Below are positions 12,874-24,155 of a DNA stretch of 64,000 nucleotides, piece after piece. This DNA comes from Malacoraja senta. Lineage: Eukaryota. Every line of letters starts with the position of its first letter. Within the stretch, counting starts at the first letter, position 1. The DNA is taken from assembly GCA_038087875.1 (NCBI GenBank), contig CM075989.1, positions 10,602,001-10,666,000 of the forward strand, in the 5' to 3' direction. The notes under the pieces were generated by a model. That model did no database searches. It had not been told where the DNA came from and saw only the letters and a program-made list of their open reading frames with translations. The translations under genes and the position numbers were made by a program.

Positions 12874-14526
12874 GCGTTCTTTATCATCTGGTACTCCTCA
12901 TTGGACAAGGAGATTAGACGAGCTCCTTAGAGTATAGAAGATGATGGACTGATCCAATTGAAGAGTTTAATTTGGGTAAAATAAAGAAGATAGGGTAATT
13001 ATTTCCCCTGGTGGGAGACCCAGAATAAGAGAGATAACACCTTCAAACAAGAGCCAGGTCACTTGGGGCTGATGTCAACAACTATTTCTTTAAACGGTGG
13101 TCAAAATTTGGAACACTTTTCTCTCAAGAACTGTTTGAAGTTCGAGCATGTTTTTTTTGGTCAGTTGGCAATCTTAAAATAGAGATTTAAAAAATTTATG
13201 TTGGGCAAGGGAATTATGGATTAAGCAACTGTGAAACATCTGGAACTGAGATATAAATCAGCTCGGATGAAACGGAATGGTGGAACACTCGAGTTAGTGA
13301 ATGGTCTCATCCCGTCCCTATGATCACTGAAATGAAACAGGACAGTAAATCATGACCTTAGTGCAGAAGGAATGGGGATCCTGCGGCAGAGGGCAGTTTT
13401 AAATTTAGATACAATGCAGGCGTTGTGGATATAAACTACCGCATGCATCACCCAACATGACCTTAAAGTTACCTGCAACTCCACAATCTTCTGGGCATCC
13501 ATCATCCCATTCTCCTTAACCTTCACCATGTTATCACATGAACAGCTAAGTAATAAAAGACAGAGTGCACTCCTGCAAAGCCCCCAGGAGCTCCCGTGTT
13601 TCAAGCACTAATCCTATGGTGGAAGCCTTTACTATTTAATTGCTGACCAAATACGGTGCCAAAGTTGGATGAGAGAAGCATCAAATGAAAAACGTCGATC
13701 AAAGCAGGGAGGTGTAAAAGAGTTCTGAATATCTGAACCTCACACTCATTGCCTTGTAATTCCCTCCAGGAACCAGTTTCAAAAATTCCGTGGCTCTCCG
13801 TGGGAATGTGAGGAATGTGTCTATCAGCTCCATCCGCCAATATTTGATTTAGATACAATGATCGACACAAGCAAAGTATCTGTTTTGAACAAATACCAGG
13901 CCACCGGCAGTAAGGTAACACTGGCTTCAATTTGCCCCTGACATACCACAGCATGCAGAGTAGAAATGTAATAAATATTTAAATTATTTAACAATAAGGA
14001 ACTTATGCAGTTCAAGAATGTATCAATTACACAAACTGGGACTGTATTCTATGGAATTTAAAAAGGTGCAGGGGATGTGACAGAAGTTTTCAGAATTTAA
14101 GCAGAAGTCCGGTGTTTTGCTGGTTGGAAATTTAGGATTTGGAGGCAGAATCTAAACGTTTGAGGCAAGTCCTCTCAAGGATAAAGGCAGGAAGCATTCC
14201 ACATGGTGGTTGGAATTTAGAATGTCCCTCTGGAAAAGACAATTGACACTGTATCAGTTATTCATTTTAAGTATGTGATTGAGAAATGTTGTTAAACAAA
14301 GAGAGATGGGGAGGTCAGAGGTTATTTATGATCTCATTGAATAGTGTTTAGTTCAGTTCAGTTCAGTTTTATTTGTCATATGTAGGTTAACACAGGGTCA
14401 ACGGTAAAATGATATGTTTTTGACAAGACAACGGGTCACCTCAGCAATGATATTACATGGATAAGACACAGCGCGGAAACAGGCCCTTCAGCCCTGAAAA
14501 CTATCCTGTGATTGAATGCAAATAAA

Positions 14527-14592
14527 GGCCCCAAAGCAGAAGCGTCCACGTCGCGGGGCTGGAAACTGGGAGTATCCTGAGCTAATTCTGCT
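14527..14592 (+). ncRNA. HDV-like (CPEB3-like) self-cleaving ribozyme
   Basis: P1 GGCCCC/GGGGCT with G.U at position 1; P2 AGCAGAA/TTCTGCT; P3 GCG/CGC; L3 TCCACGT; P1.1 CC/GG; P4 GGGA-GTA-TCCT; J4/2 CTAA (catalytic C14582). Confidence 0.9.
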
Positions 14593-14720
14593 ACCACTAT
14601 CATCTATTCCGACAAGTGGTGGCTTCCACTGATTGTCGCCAGAAGCTTGCGTCTTTTTCGGGACGGACGTTGACAGCGAGGCCAACATCTGTAACAAGAA
14701 GGACACGAAAAGAAGAAGAA
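14527..14720 (+). mobile_element. HDV-ribozyme-headed short retroposon, family A copy 1
   Basis: Same 5' start and body as 37828-38014(-); (GAA)n tail; degenerate TSD gaatgcaaataaa (14514-14526) / gaatgaaaacaaa (14721-14733). Confidence 0.88.
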
Positions 14721-15589
14721 GAATGAAAACAAATTCCGTTCTTCCCTCTAATCTTGAACCAAACTCCTTATATTCTTAGTACAATCAACAAGGTGTGTTT
14801 CATAATTCAGCCTTGATGTTGGCTGTGTCAATGCTCCCTGATTTACCCTGGGTACCTTCTCTAATCCTGCTGCTCACCAGCTCTCCAAATCAATGGGGTG
14901 AGTGCTAAAATCATGTTCCACACAGCGTATGGCAACAGGAAGTTTAGCTATCAATCATCCAGTTGAAGGTCAGCTTCACCAGGGAGCATTCCTGACTCTG
15001 GGAATGTTGGTTAGGAATTCAGGCTTGGAGCTCAACCAGACAGACATTTTCTAACCTATGTATTCTTATCAACCGTCATCACCTTCCCATTCATTACAGG
15101 GACAACCCTAACATAGACAGACCCTATCATGGGGCTGACGCTAGTATTCATTATAGAATCATGGGCACATTTAGAGTCATACAGCATGGAAACAGACTCT
15201 TCAGCCCAGACTCTTTAGTCTCACCTGCCTGTGTTTGGCCCATTTCCCTCTAAATATTTCCTGTCCAAATATCTGGAAGCAATTTAGGCCATTGTGCATG
15301 CTGTATCGTCCACTACTGAGTCATTCCTCATGGACCTGTAATCTCTCTCGCTTCAGGTTTATGGGATTCCTTTCTGAATTTAGCATTTGAATCTTCTTCC
15401 AAACCTTTCAGCAACATATTCCAAATCTCACCTTCTTCCTTTTTAGGAAATCGATTGGTCAAGTTACCTCTTGGGATTCTCCCACATGTCACCTTAAATG
15501 GTTCTATCCATTTTATTGCAAGTTGAGATTTAGGACACAGTCTCGAGATGAGTTGCTGAATTGGTTAGAAAATGTTTTAGGATGTTATA

Positions 15590-15930
15590 GACCCAGTGTG
15601 GAACAGTATGTACAAACCACTTGATCCAAACCAACCATTAAGCATCCATCTACCCATCTACAATAAACTCAATTTATTCTTCCCACATTCCCATCAATTT
15701 TTTCCCCATCCCGTTCTCCTTCTGAACATTTGGACTAGGGGAAAATTACAGAGGCCAGTTGACCTACGAACCCACATGTCTTTGCAATGTGGAAAGAAAC
15801 TACAGCACCTGGAAGTAATCCATGCAGTCATAAGAACAACACCAAACTCCACATGGACAGCACTGGAGATTAGGATTGAGCCAAGAATCTGGAGCTGTGA
15901 GGCATCTGCATTAACCACTGTTCCACTGTA
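15590..15930 (-). mobile_element. Older HE1/V-SINE-type tRNA SINE
   Basis: Diverged reverse-complement match to the HE1-type copies at 33583 and 61143. Confidence 0.75.
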
Positions 15931-15940
15931 TTCTAAGTGT

Positions 15941-16012
15941 AGGGGGGGGGGATGGGAAAGGGGGGGGGGCGGGGGGTGAGGGGGGAGGGACGGGGACGGG
16001 GGGGGGGGGGGG
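15941..16012 (+). repeat. G-rich tract (G-quadruplex-capable)
   Basis: Multiple runs of four or more G. Confidence 0.85.
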
Positions 16013-16944
16013 CTGACAATGTTTTCTTTTGTCTTTGTCCTTTTTCAGTAAACATAAGTAATTTAACTCATTTTTCCAAAGCTCTAAGGGCTAGTGAACT
16101 CATTGCTTGGGATGGTTAGAATAGACTGATGCAGTGAGGATATACCCCCATTCCCTTCATTACAGTGAACATATTCATCAGGGAATCATGAAGAAGCTAT
16201 GGAAATGCAAGTTAGTTCTTTATCATAAGAAAATGCATAAAAATGTATCTATTACACATGATGGCTCTTCTGATCTGATAAGAACACACAGACATGAAAA
16301 CATTGCCTCGGGTTCTAAGTGTACTATGCAGAGGTATTTCAATTAATCAGTGTTCTAAAATCCAGATGACTTGAGCCACAAAAATGTCAACATGTCTTAT
16401 CGGTTTGATCTTTTTAAGGGGCTAACAACAAGATATGTTGGTGTTTTCTGACATGAAAGATTGTAACTGGCAAAGAAAAGGCTTTAAAGTCATTCTAAGT
16501 TAACAAGTGATCTACTGTAAGCATTTCTTGGTTGGAGACTCAACATTGATGTTGATAATGTCTGGATGTTGCTTATTGTCACGTTGCAAGCTCTGCTGGG
16601 CTGAGATGCTTCCAATATAGTAACGTGTACGATGTGAATTGATACATGAGAGCCAAGAGGTTGTGGTATATCACTAAAGAGTCCAGAATTCACTTGACAA
16701 TCAGCGATTCGACCATGCGAGATCGGTCAATACCGTAAACCCACAGGAATCCTGGCAGCACTACACGCAAAAATATTAAAAACCTTATGAACATCTTTAC
16801 CTTTGGAAGATCCATTTACAGAGGAAAAGTATTAAAGTAGTTTCCAAATAATCTGAAGGGGGAGGCGAGATGAAATTTTTTATGCAACAGTCGAACTCGC
16901 TGCCTGAAAAGGAGGCTGAAGTATGGGTGGTAGAGTGCAGTAGG

Positions 16945-17400
16945 GCTGTGGTACAGCGTCAGAGACCCGGTTTCCATCCTGACTATGGGTGCTATCTTTA
17001 CAGAGTTTGTACATTTTCCCCGTGACTGCCCCCGTCCCCCCCCCCTGCACTTAGAATACAGTGGAACAGTGGTTAATGCAGATGCCTCACAGCTCCAGAT
17101 TCTTGGTTCAATCCTATTCTCCAGTGCTGTCTGTGTGGAGTTTGCGTGTTGTTCTTATGACTGCATGGATTACTTCCAGGTGCTGTAGTTTCTTTCCACA
17201 TTGCATAGGTTGTCTCTGGGTGCTCCGGTTTTCTCCCACTCCAAAGGCGAACAGGTTTGTCAGTTAATTGGCTTTGGTAAAATTGTAAATTGTCCCCAGT
17301 GTGTAGGATGGAGTTAGTTTGTGGGGTGGTCGCTGGTCGGCACAGACACAGTGGGCCAAAGGGCCTGTTTCCACACTGTATCTCTAAAGTTTAAAGTCTA
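16945..17400 (+). mobile_element. HE1-type SINE interrupted by an inverted ~177-bp local duplication (17029-17205)
   Basis: SINE sequence breaks at ccccgtgactg and resumes at taggttgtctctgggtgctccgg; the insert is the reverse complement of 15783-~15950. Confidence 0.85.
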
Positions 17401-17612
17401 AAATAGTTATTGTAAATTAGGATATGGAAAGTTTAACTCTCATAACTCAGCGCATTCCCTGTACCCAGGAGGGTGCTCAAGAGAATACAAGAAGCTGAGT
17501 CACTGTTAGATTGTTTTCAGCAATAATGTAGTCATTGAACCGAAGCATCTGCCTATGGTGACAATCCCTGCAAAAACTGAATAAAATGGGATTACTGTAG
17601 GATTAGTGTAGA

Positions 17613-17975
17613 TCATAAGGTCATAAGGAGTAGGAGTAGAATTCGGCCATTCGGCCCATCAAGTCTATGCCATTGAATCATGGCTGATCTATTTCCCTCT
17701 CCTAACCCCATCCTCCTACCTTCTCCCCATAACCTCTGACACCTGTACTAATCAAAAATCTATCGATCTCTGCCTTAAAAATATCCTCTCTTGGCCTCCA
17801 AAGCCTTCTGTGGCATAGAATTCCACAGATTCACCACCCTCTGACTAAATACATTTCTCCTCATCTCCTTTCTAAAAGAACGTCCTTTAATTCTGAGGCT
17901 ATGACCTCTAGTCCAAGACTCTCCCACTAGTGGAAACATCCTCTCCACATCCACTCTACCCCAGCATTTCACCAT
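17613..17975 (-). mobile_element. CR1 3' fragment
   Basis: ORF 17775-17975 TRGHSLRIKG...FSQRVVNLWNS. Confidence 0.9.
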
Positions 17976-18064
17976 TCTAATGAATGGGTGTTGTGTTAGG
18001 ATATGGGGTCAATAGGGCCTGTTGTTGTGCTGTGTCACTGCGGCTTGAGGTTGCAACAGGTTTG

Positions 18065-18545
18065 TATTTCATTAATTTATGACAATCACGTGTACTGTGA
18101 TCAGTGAAAACTTTTGTTTGCACGATATCCAGCCAAATTATACTCTACATATTGACGCGATACACAGTACAGTACTACAAAGGGCAGTGCAAATAGAAAA
18201 TTACAAATGTGAAGAATACGGTATTACATCTTTATAGTGTTACACTTACAGAGGAAAAGTGCAGGGTCCATTAAGAGGTAGGTTGGAAGATCGGGACTAC
18301 ACCCCAGATTATGGAAGGACCATTCAGTAGTCTTAATACAGCACGGATGAAGCTGTGAAGCTGTTCCTCAAGCTGGTGGTGCAAGCTTTTGTTTTTTCTG
18401 CTCGATGGAAGAGAGGGGAAGAGGGAATGACTGTAGTGAAATGTTCCTTGATTATGTTGGGTACTTGCCAAGGCAGCGTGAAGTGTCGACGGAGTTGATG
18501 GTTGGGCGGTTAGTGTGCGTAATGGACTGGCTTGTACTCACTTCA
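18065..18545 (-). mobile_element. Rex1/Babar-type LINE 3' remnant
   Basis: Homologous to 39700-40170 and 20820-21205. Confidence 0.7.
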
Positions 18546-18806
18546 CAACACTCAGCAGAGGAGCATTGTGAGAAGTAGCCGCAGATTCATCATGTGCTAT
18601 CCACCATCTAGCAATTCAGCTCCTGAGTTAGTCTAACTAACATCTATCTTGCCTGTTTGTCCAAAGTCTGAGAGTTCAGCTATAAATGGTTAGGTCATCT
18701 CAAGGAGTTTCACAATCCTAAAAGATTGTTCTTCAGTTCTAGGCAGACACAAAATGCTGGAGTAACTCAGGGGGACAGGCAGCATCTCTGGAGAGAACGA
18801 ATGGGT

Positions 18807-18834
18807 GACGTTTCGGGTCGAGACCCTTCTTCAG
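18807..18834 (-). ncRNA. Minimal type I hammerhead ribozyme core (Penelope-type)
   Basis: CTGAAGA-A-GGGT(CTCG)ACCC-GAAA-CGTC; palindromic ACGT stem III and GUC cleavage triplet. Confidence 0.8.
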
Positions 18835-19086
18835 TTCTTCAGTTCTACCTCTCTGGTCCTAATGGAGCAGTCAGAAACGGTGAGGTTTCTACCCAAGATT
18901 CAGTCAACATCTCTGTGCACTGTTTTGTTACATGGAGATGTTCTTCGGTCAAACACCGGTCAAGTCAGCATCTTTATGACATTACGCACAACACTGTGTG
19001 TACAGCCAGTTTTATCCTACAAATCACAAATAACTTGTCTACAGAAAGCCAGATAAGTGCTTGAATAACGGAAATTTATAGGTTCA

Positions 19087-19190
19087 CTAGACCAAGTGCA
19101 GACCCATTGGGTCTGTTTCCCCAATGTGCTTTTTTGCGGGGTGGGGGGGGGGGGGCTGTGGCGTCACACTCACACTAACCACCCCCCAAT
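19087..19190 (-). mobile_element. Helitron-like 3' terminus
   Basis: Palindrome cagaccca-t-tgggtctg (19099-19115), then 8 nt, then CTAG|T on the minus strand; 5' boundary not defined. Confidence 0.5.
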
Positions 19191-19774
19191 GGGGAAAGGA
19201 CAGATCTCTTCTCATTTCTCTACTTCTTAAAACTTGTATTTTTGAGTTAGATTTTTAAAGACGTCAGCTTGAACGCACTTGACTGAAGCTCCTTCCGAGT
19301 TCAGTTCCACTGGATGTGCTTTATAATTTCATGTTGCCGAGAGAGTGCCACATTAAACAAGCTGATTCCCACTGGAACAGCAGCATTGAAACACACCCTC
19401 TGGACACTGCGAGCTCGGGGAAAGCAAATGGGTAAACAAGGAAGAGGGGGCGGGGGAAGGTGAGAGGGCAAACACTCGATCTTCGTGGGATGATCACTGC
19501 CTCAAACTCAAAGCTAGAGTTTGGAAAATGGCTTTAATTTAAGAATCTTTTAAAAGAATTGAGAACACAATTGAAGAGTCGTGGTGCTTGTGATAGATTT
19601 GACCACATCATGTTTAGATTCAACAGGACAGGCAGCTTCTCTGGAGAGAAGGAATGGGTGATGTTTCAGTCCTTCAGACTGAGTTACTCCAGCTTTTTGT
19701 GTCTATCTTTGGATTAAACAGCATCTGCAGTTCCTTCCTACACATGTTTAATTCAGTCATAGATTCAAAAAGTC

Positions 19775-20340
19775 AGACAGCACAGACAGACGCCCTTCGG
19801 CCTAACTTGTCCATGCCGACCAAAGTGCCTATCTCTACTAATGTTATGTGCCTGCATTTGTCCAACACCCATCTAAAGTTTTCTTATCCATGCACCTGTC
19901 CAAATATCCTTTACACATTGTAACTGTACCTGCCTCTACACATTGTAACTGAACCTGCCTCTACCACCTACTTTGGAAGTTTGTTCCACATGTCCGCCCT
20001 CTGTGTGAAAAGGTTGCTCCTCAGATCTCCTTTAAAGCTTTCCCCTCTCACCTTAAACCTGTGCCTTCTTGTTTTAGACTCCCCTACTCTGGGAATAAAA
20101 TGTCACTATCTATGCCCATCACGAGTTTATCTATCAGGTCACTCATCAACCTTCTTTGCCCCAAGAAAAAGTCCTTTCTTATCCAATCTCTCCTTATAAC
20201 TCAACCACTTCCAGTCCAGGCAACTGTGAATCTTTTCTGCGCCCTCTCGAGTTTAATCACATCCTTCCTATGGTGTAGCGACCAGAATCACACGCAATGC
20301 TCCAAGTGTGGCCTAACAAAGGCTTTGTACAAATACAACA
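19775..20340 (-). mobile_element. HER1-type CR1 LINE 3' fragment
   Basis: LYKALVRPHLEHCV.FWS remnant; 3' end shared with the HE1 SINE tail (ggccgaagggc..tctgtgctgt). Confidence 0.8.
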
Positions 20341-20547
20341 TGTTTTTATGGTATTTTAAGATTATCTTGCAATTCAGAGTTGCTTATGTGCCATATTATG
20401 TGCCAAGTGATTCACTCGGTAGCACTGAATCAGAAGATTGTGGGCTTGAAACTGGGTCGACCTGGTCCAGGACAATGTTCCTGGTGCAGAACTGAAGAAG
20501 TCTGCTGTTGTCAAGAGGTAATGCCATCTTTCTGTCTGCCTTTTCAG

Positions 20548-21205
20548 GTTTAGTTTAGTTTAGTTTATTCTCACGTGTACCGAGGTATGGTGAAACGCTT
20601 TTATCGCATGCTAACCAGTCAGTGGAAACATAGAAACATAGAAACATAGACAATAGGTGCAGGAGTAGGCCATTCGGTCCTTCGAGCCTGCACCACCATT
20701 CAATATGATCATGGCTGATCATCCAACTCAGTATCCCGTACCTGCCTTCTCTACCTTTAGCCAATGAACTGGCCTCAACTACCTTATGTGGCAGAGAATT
20801 CCAGAGATTCACCAAAGACTATGCATGATTACAATCGAGCCACCCAGCATGTACAGATACATGATAAAGGGAATAACATTTAGTGCAAGATAAAGTCCAG
20901 TGAAGTCCGATTAAAGCTAGTCCAAGGGTCTCCAATGAGGTAGATAGTAGCTCAGGATTGGTCTCTAATTGATAAGATGGTTCAGTTCCCTGATAACAGC
21001 TGTGAAGAAACTGTCCCTGAATGTGGAGGTGTGCATTTTCACACATCTGTACCTCTTGCCTGATGGGAGAGTGGAAAAGAGGGCAGTAAGATTAGAATGG
21101 TTCGTGATTATGTTGGTGCCCTTGCCGAAGCAGCATGAAGTGTAAATGGAGTCAATGGAAGGGAGTTTGGTCCGTGTGATGGTCTGGGCTGCGTCCACAA
21201 TTCAC
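20548..21205 (-). mobile_element. Rex1/Babar-type LINE 3' part with a nested CR1 3' end (20627-20815)
   Basis: ORF 20965-21198 AQTITRTKLPSID...LPSGKRYR; CR1 tail (acatagaa)n at 20627. Confidence 0.8.
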
Positions 21206-21504
21206 TGTAACATGAAAGCATCCTGTTGTGGTATTTTGAAGACCATAGTCAAGGATAGCATGTGAAGATAATTTGCAGAGCGGCTCCTTCCACGAGGAGT
21301 GAATGCAATGCAATGAAGATGAAAACACGATGAGACATTTGTGCTCAGTTACTTCCTTTTTCTGTACTCACGGTTGTGCAGTGGACTCCCTCAGTGAGCC
21401 GAGCAACAGGTCAAGTATAGAATATACATTACATTCTATACAATTGTGCATGGGCCAGTACTCTCACGTAATCCCTGGATCTAATTTGACCTGGATTTTC
21501 CAGT

Positions 21505-22210
21505 ACATAGAACATGGAACATAGCACAGTACAGCACAGGAACAGGTTCTTTGGCCACAATGTCAGTAAAGAACATGACGCCAATATAAATTGCACATCT
21601 GCCTGTACATGGTCTATATACTTCCATTCCGTGCCAGTTCATGTCTGTTTAAATGACTTCAATGTTGCTATTGTATCTGCTTCCATCATTTCCCCTGGCA
21701 GCTTGTTCCAGGCACCCACCACTTTCTGTACAAAAAACTTGCCGCATAAAGGTTTAAACATTCCTTTTAAGCCATGTCCTCCAGTGTTTGACATTTCCAT
21801 CCTGGGAAAATAACACAATCTACCCTTCGTAATTTTGTAAACTTCCATCAGCTGCCTCTTAGCCTCCAATGCTCCAGTGAAAACAATCCAAGCTTGCCCA
21901 ATCTCTTCTTCTTCTACATCTTCTTGCATATGGCGTGCACAGCCTAAAGTTGTAGGACAACTTGTTCTATTTGATCTTATTTGATTGTGCACACCGGGTT
22001 GATTGCATTTGTTGAAAAAGGGCGGACCACGTGAAGGTTGCAATCTCCCACCCCAGCCCAATCTCTCCTTATAGCTAATACCCTACAATCCAGATAGCAT
22101 CCTGGTAAACCTGTTCAGCACCCGTTCCAAACCCTCTATCACCTTCCAGCAATGGGGCAACCACAAGCACCCACAATACTCCAAATGTGACCTAAACTAA
22201 GTTTTATACA
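21505..22210 (-). mobile_element. HER1-type CR1 fragment hosting the family B insertion
   Basis: FFVQKVVGAWNKLP in ORF 21639-22061; interrupted at 21907-22054. Confidence 0.8.
21907..22054 (-). mobile_element. HDV-ribozyme-headed short retroposon, family B copy 1
   Basis: TSD gcccaatctct (21896-21906 / 22056-22066); (GAA)n tail; the 5' 54 nt (22054-22001) fold as a P4-less HDV-like ribozyme; homologous to 62085-62210. Confidence 0.87.
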
Positions 22211-22424
22211 ATAGTGAATGACAATTACCTGGTATCTCCTGTCAATGGCTTGAGGGGACTCCAGGTTACCCAAACATGGGCCTGGCAACTGTGTGCCCAA
22301 AGTTACAGCATGAGCTCTGATTCGTGCATGCTCACTCACCCAACACAGGTCAGAAAGAGCTAGTTGCTGAAAGGTCTCTGAGTTTCTTCCTTGACCAGGT
22401 ACATTGAGCTGGCACATGAGTCAT

Positions 22425-22720
22425 TTAGTTTAGTTTAGTTTAGTTTAGAGATACAGTGTGGGACCAGGCCCTTCGGAGTCCGCGCCGACCAGCGATCCCC
22501 GCACACTAACTCTATCCTACACACACTAGGGACAATTTACAATTATACAAAGCCAATTAAACTACAAACCTGTACATCTTTGGAGTGTGGTAGGAAACCG
22601 GAGATCCCGGAGAAAACCCATGCAGATCCCAGGGAGAAGGTACAAACTCCGCATAGACAGCACCTGTGGCCAGGATGGAGCCCTGTAAGGCAGCAACTCT
22701 ACCGCTGCACCACCGTGTCA
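22425..22720 (-). mobile_element. HE1-type tRNA SINE
   Basis: Head gtggtgcagcggtagagttgctgcc, V-SINE-like core, (ctaaa)n tail. Confidence 0.9.
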
Positions 22721-23882
22721 CCCTTACTTCCTTATTAACCAAGAAAAAGCCACACAGCCCACCAAATCCACCCCATCTCCCAATAGACCATCTCCCATGA
22801 GTGCCATTCCCCTTCTCATTTCCCTATACCCCGATAACTTATTCAATTTTACTTGCCTGTCAACTCGCTCTTGATACTTTTGTCACTTATCTACACCTAG
22901 GGGTAATTTAAACCATTAGTAAACCTCCCTTTGGGAACCAGAGCATCCAACAGACACCCACACAGTCCGAGGGAGAACATGCAACTCCACGCAGAGATCA
23001 GGATCAAACCCAGACTGCAAGGCAGCCATACTAACTGCTGTGCCCAACATGGTGCTCCAAACGTGACAAGTTGAGGAGAGTAATGAGGAAAGCTGTCCTC
23101 ATCATGGATAGCTCAAGGTTCAGAACACAGATTCAAAGTAGGGGGAAATTCTTTGGCTGGCAGCAAGTAGTTATGATCTGGATGTCACTGCCGTCGTGAT
23201 AGAAACAGGTCAATCAGGACTTTCAAACAGGAAATTGGATAGTCGTTTGAGGGGGAGATAATCTGCAGGGGATGGAGGAAGAGGAACTGGTAAAGATTCA
23301 GTGGGTAAAATGGTTGCATTCTGTGCCATAACAGTTCAGTGATTCTATTCCCTCACCAGTTAGCCATTCTGCTCACAGTCACCCTCCAGTAATCCCTGTT
23401 GGAAAAATATGATGACGTCACTTGAGAGTCGAGGCTGCCTGCTCTGCCAACACTCACAGTCCAAACTCACAGGGAAGGTGTCCACTCGGGTGAGTGGTCT
23501 GATTTTTGCCAGTGTCCGCGGGACCACACCGGGGAAGATCACGGGAAAAAATTATAGACTGGCGGACACGGGAGGATAAAAACAAGCAATGCGGAGCTGG
23601 TCTGGGATATATGCTTGAGTCCCAATCCCACCATGCTTTTGAATTCAACACATCTGGTAATTTGTGGGTTGGCATCAGAATAAAAACAATCCTGGAAGTT
23701 GCCAGGTTATTATAAAAATCCAGCCGATTTCCTGATCCTCTTGTTGGTGCGGCTTGCACATTACTCCAGCCTCACTCTCTGGTTAACTCTTAACATCCCC
23801 CACTGTGGCCAATCATTGCACTTACTTGTAGATACAGTGCACCTCTACCTTGACCTCTACCTATGTAAGGCTGGTACAATGA

Positions 23883-24155
23883 GGGCAGCACGGTGGCACA
23901 GCGGTAGAGTTGCTGCCTTACAGCGCCAGAGACGCGGGTTCGATCCTGACTACAGGTGCTTTCTGAATGGAGTTTGTACGTTCTCCCCATGACAACGTAA
24001 GCCTTCCCCGGGTGCTCCAGTTTCCTCACACATTCCAAAGGCTTTGTAGGTTAATTGATTTCGGTAAATTAGTAAAATTGTCCCTAGTGTGTAGAATAGT
24101 GATGGTGTATGGGGATTGCCGGTCGGCGCGGACTCTGTGGGCTGAAGTGCCCGTT
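23883..24155 (+). mobile_element. HE1-type tRNA SINE
   Basis: A box tggcacagcgg, B box ggttcgatcc, family body. Confidence 0.9.

Noticed and set aside
23883-23955. tRNA gene (A/B boxes)
   Set aside because: It is the tRNA-derived head of an HE1-type SINE; the same applies to the other copies.
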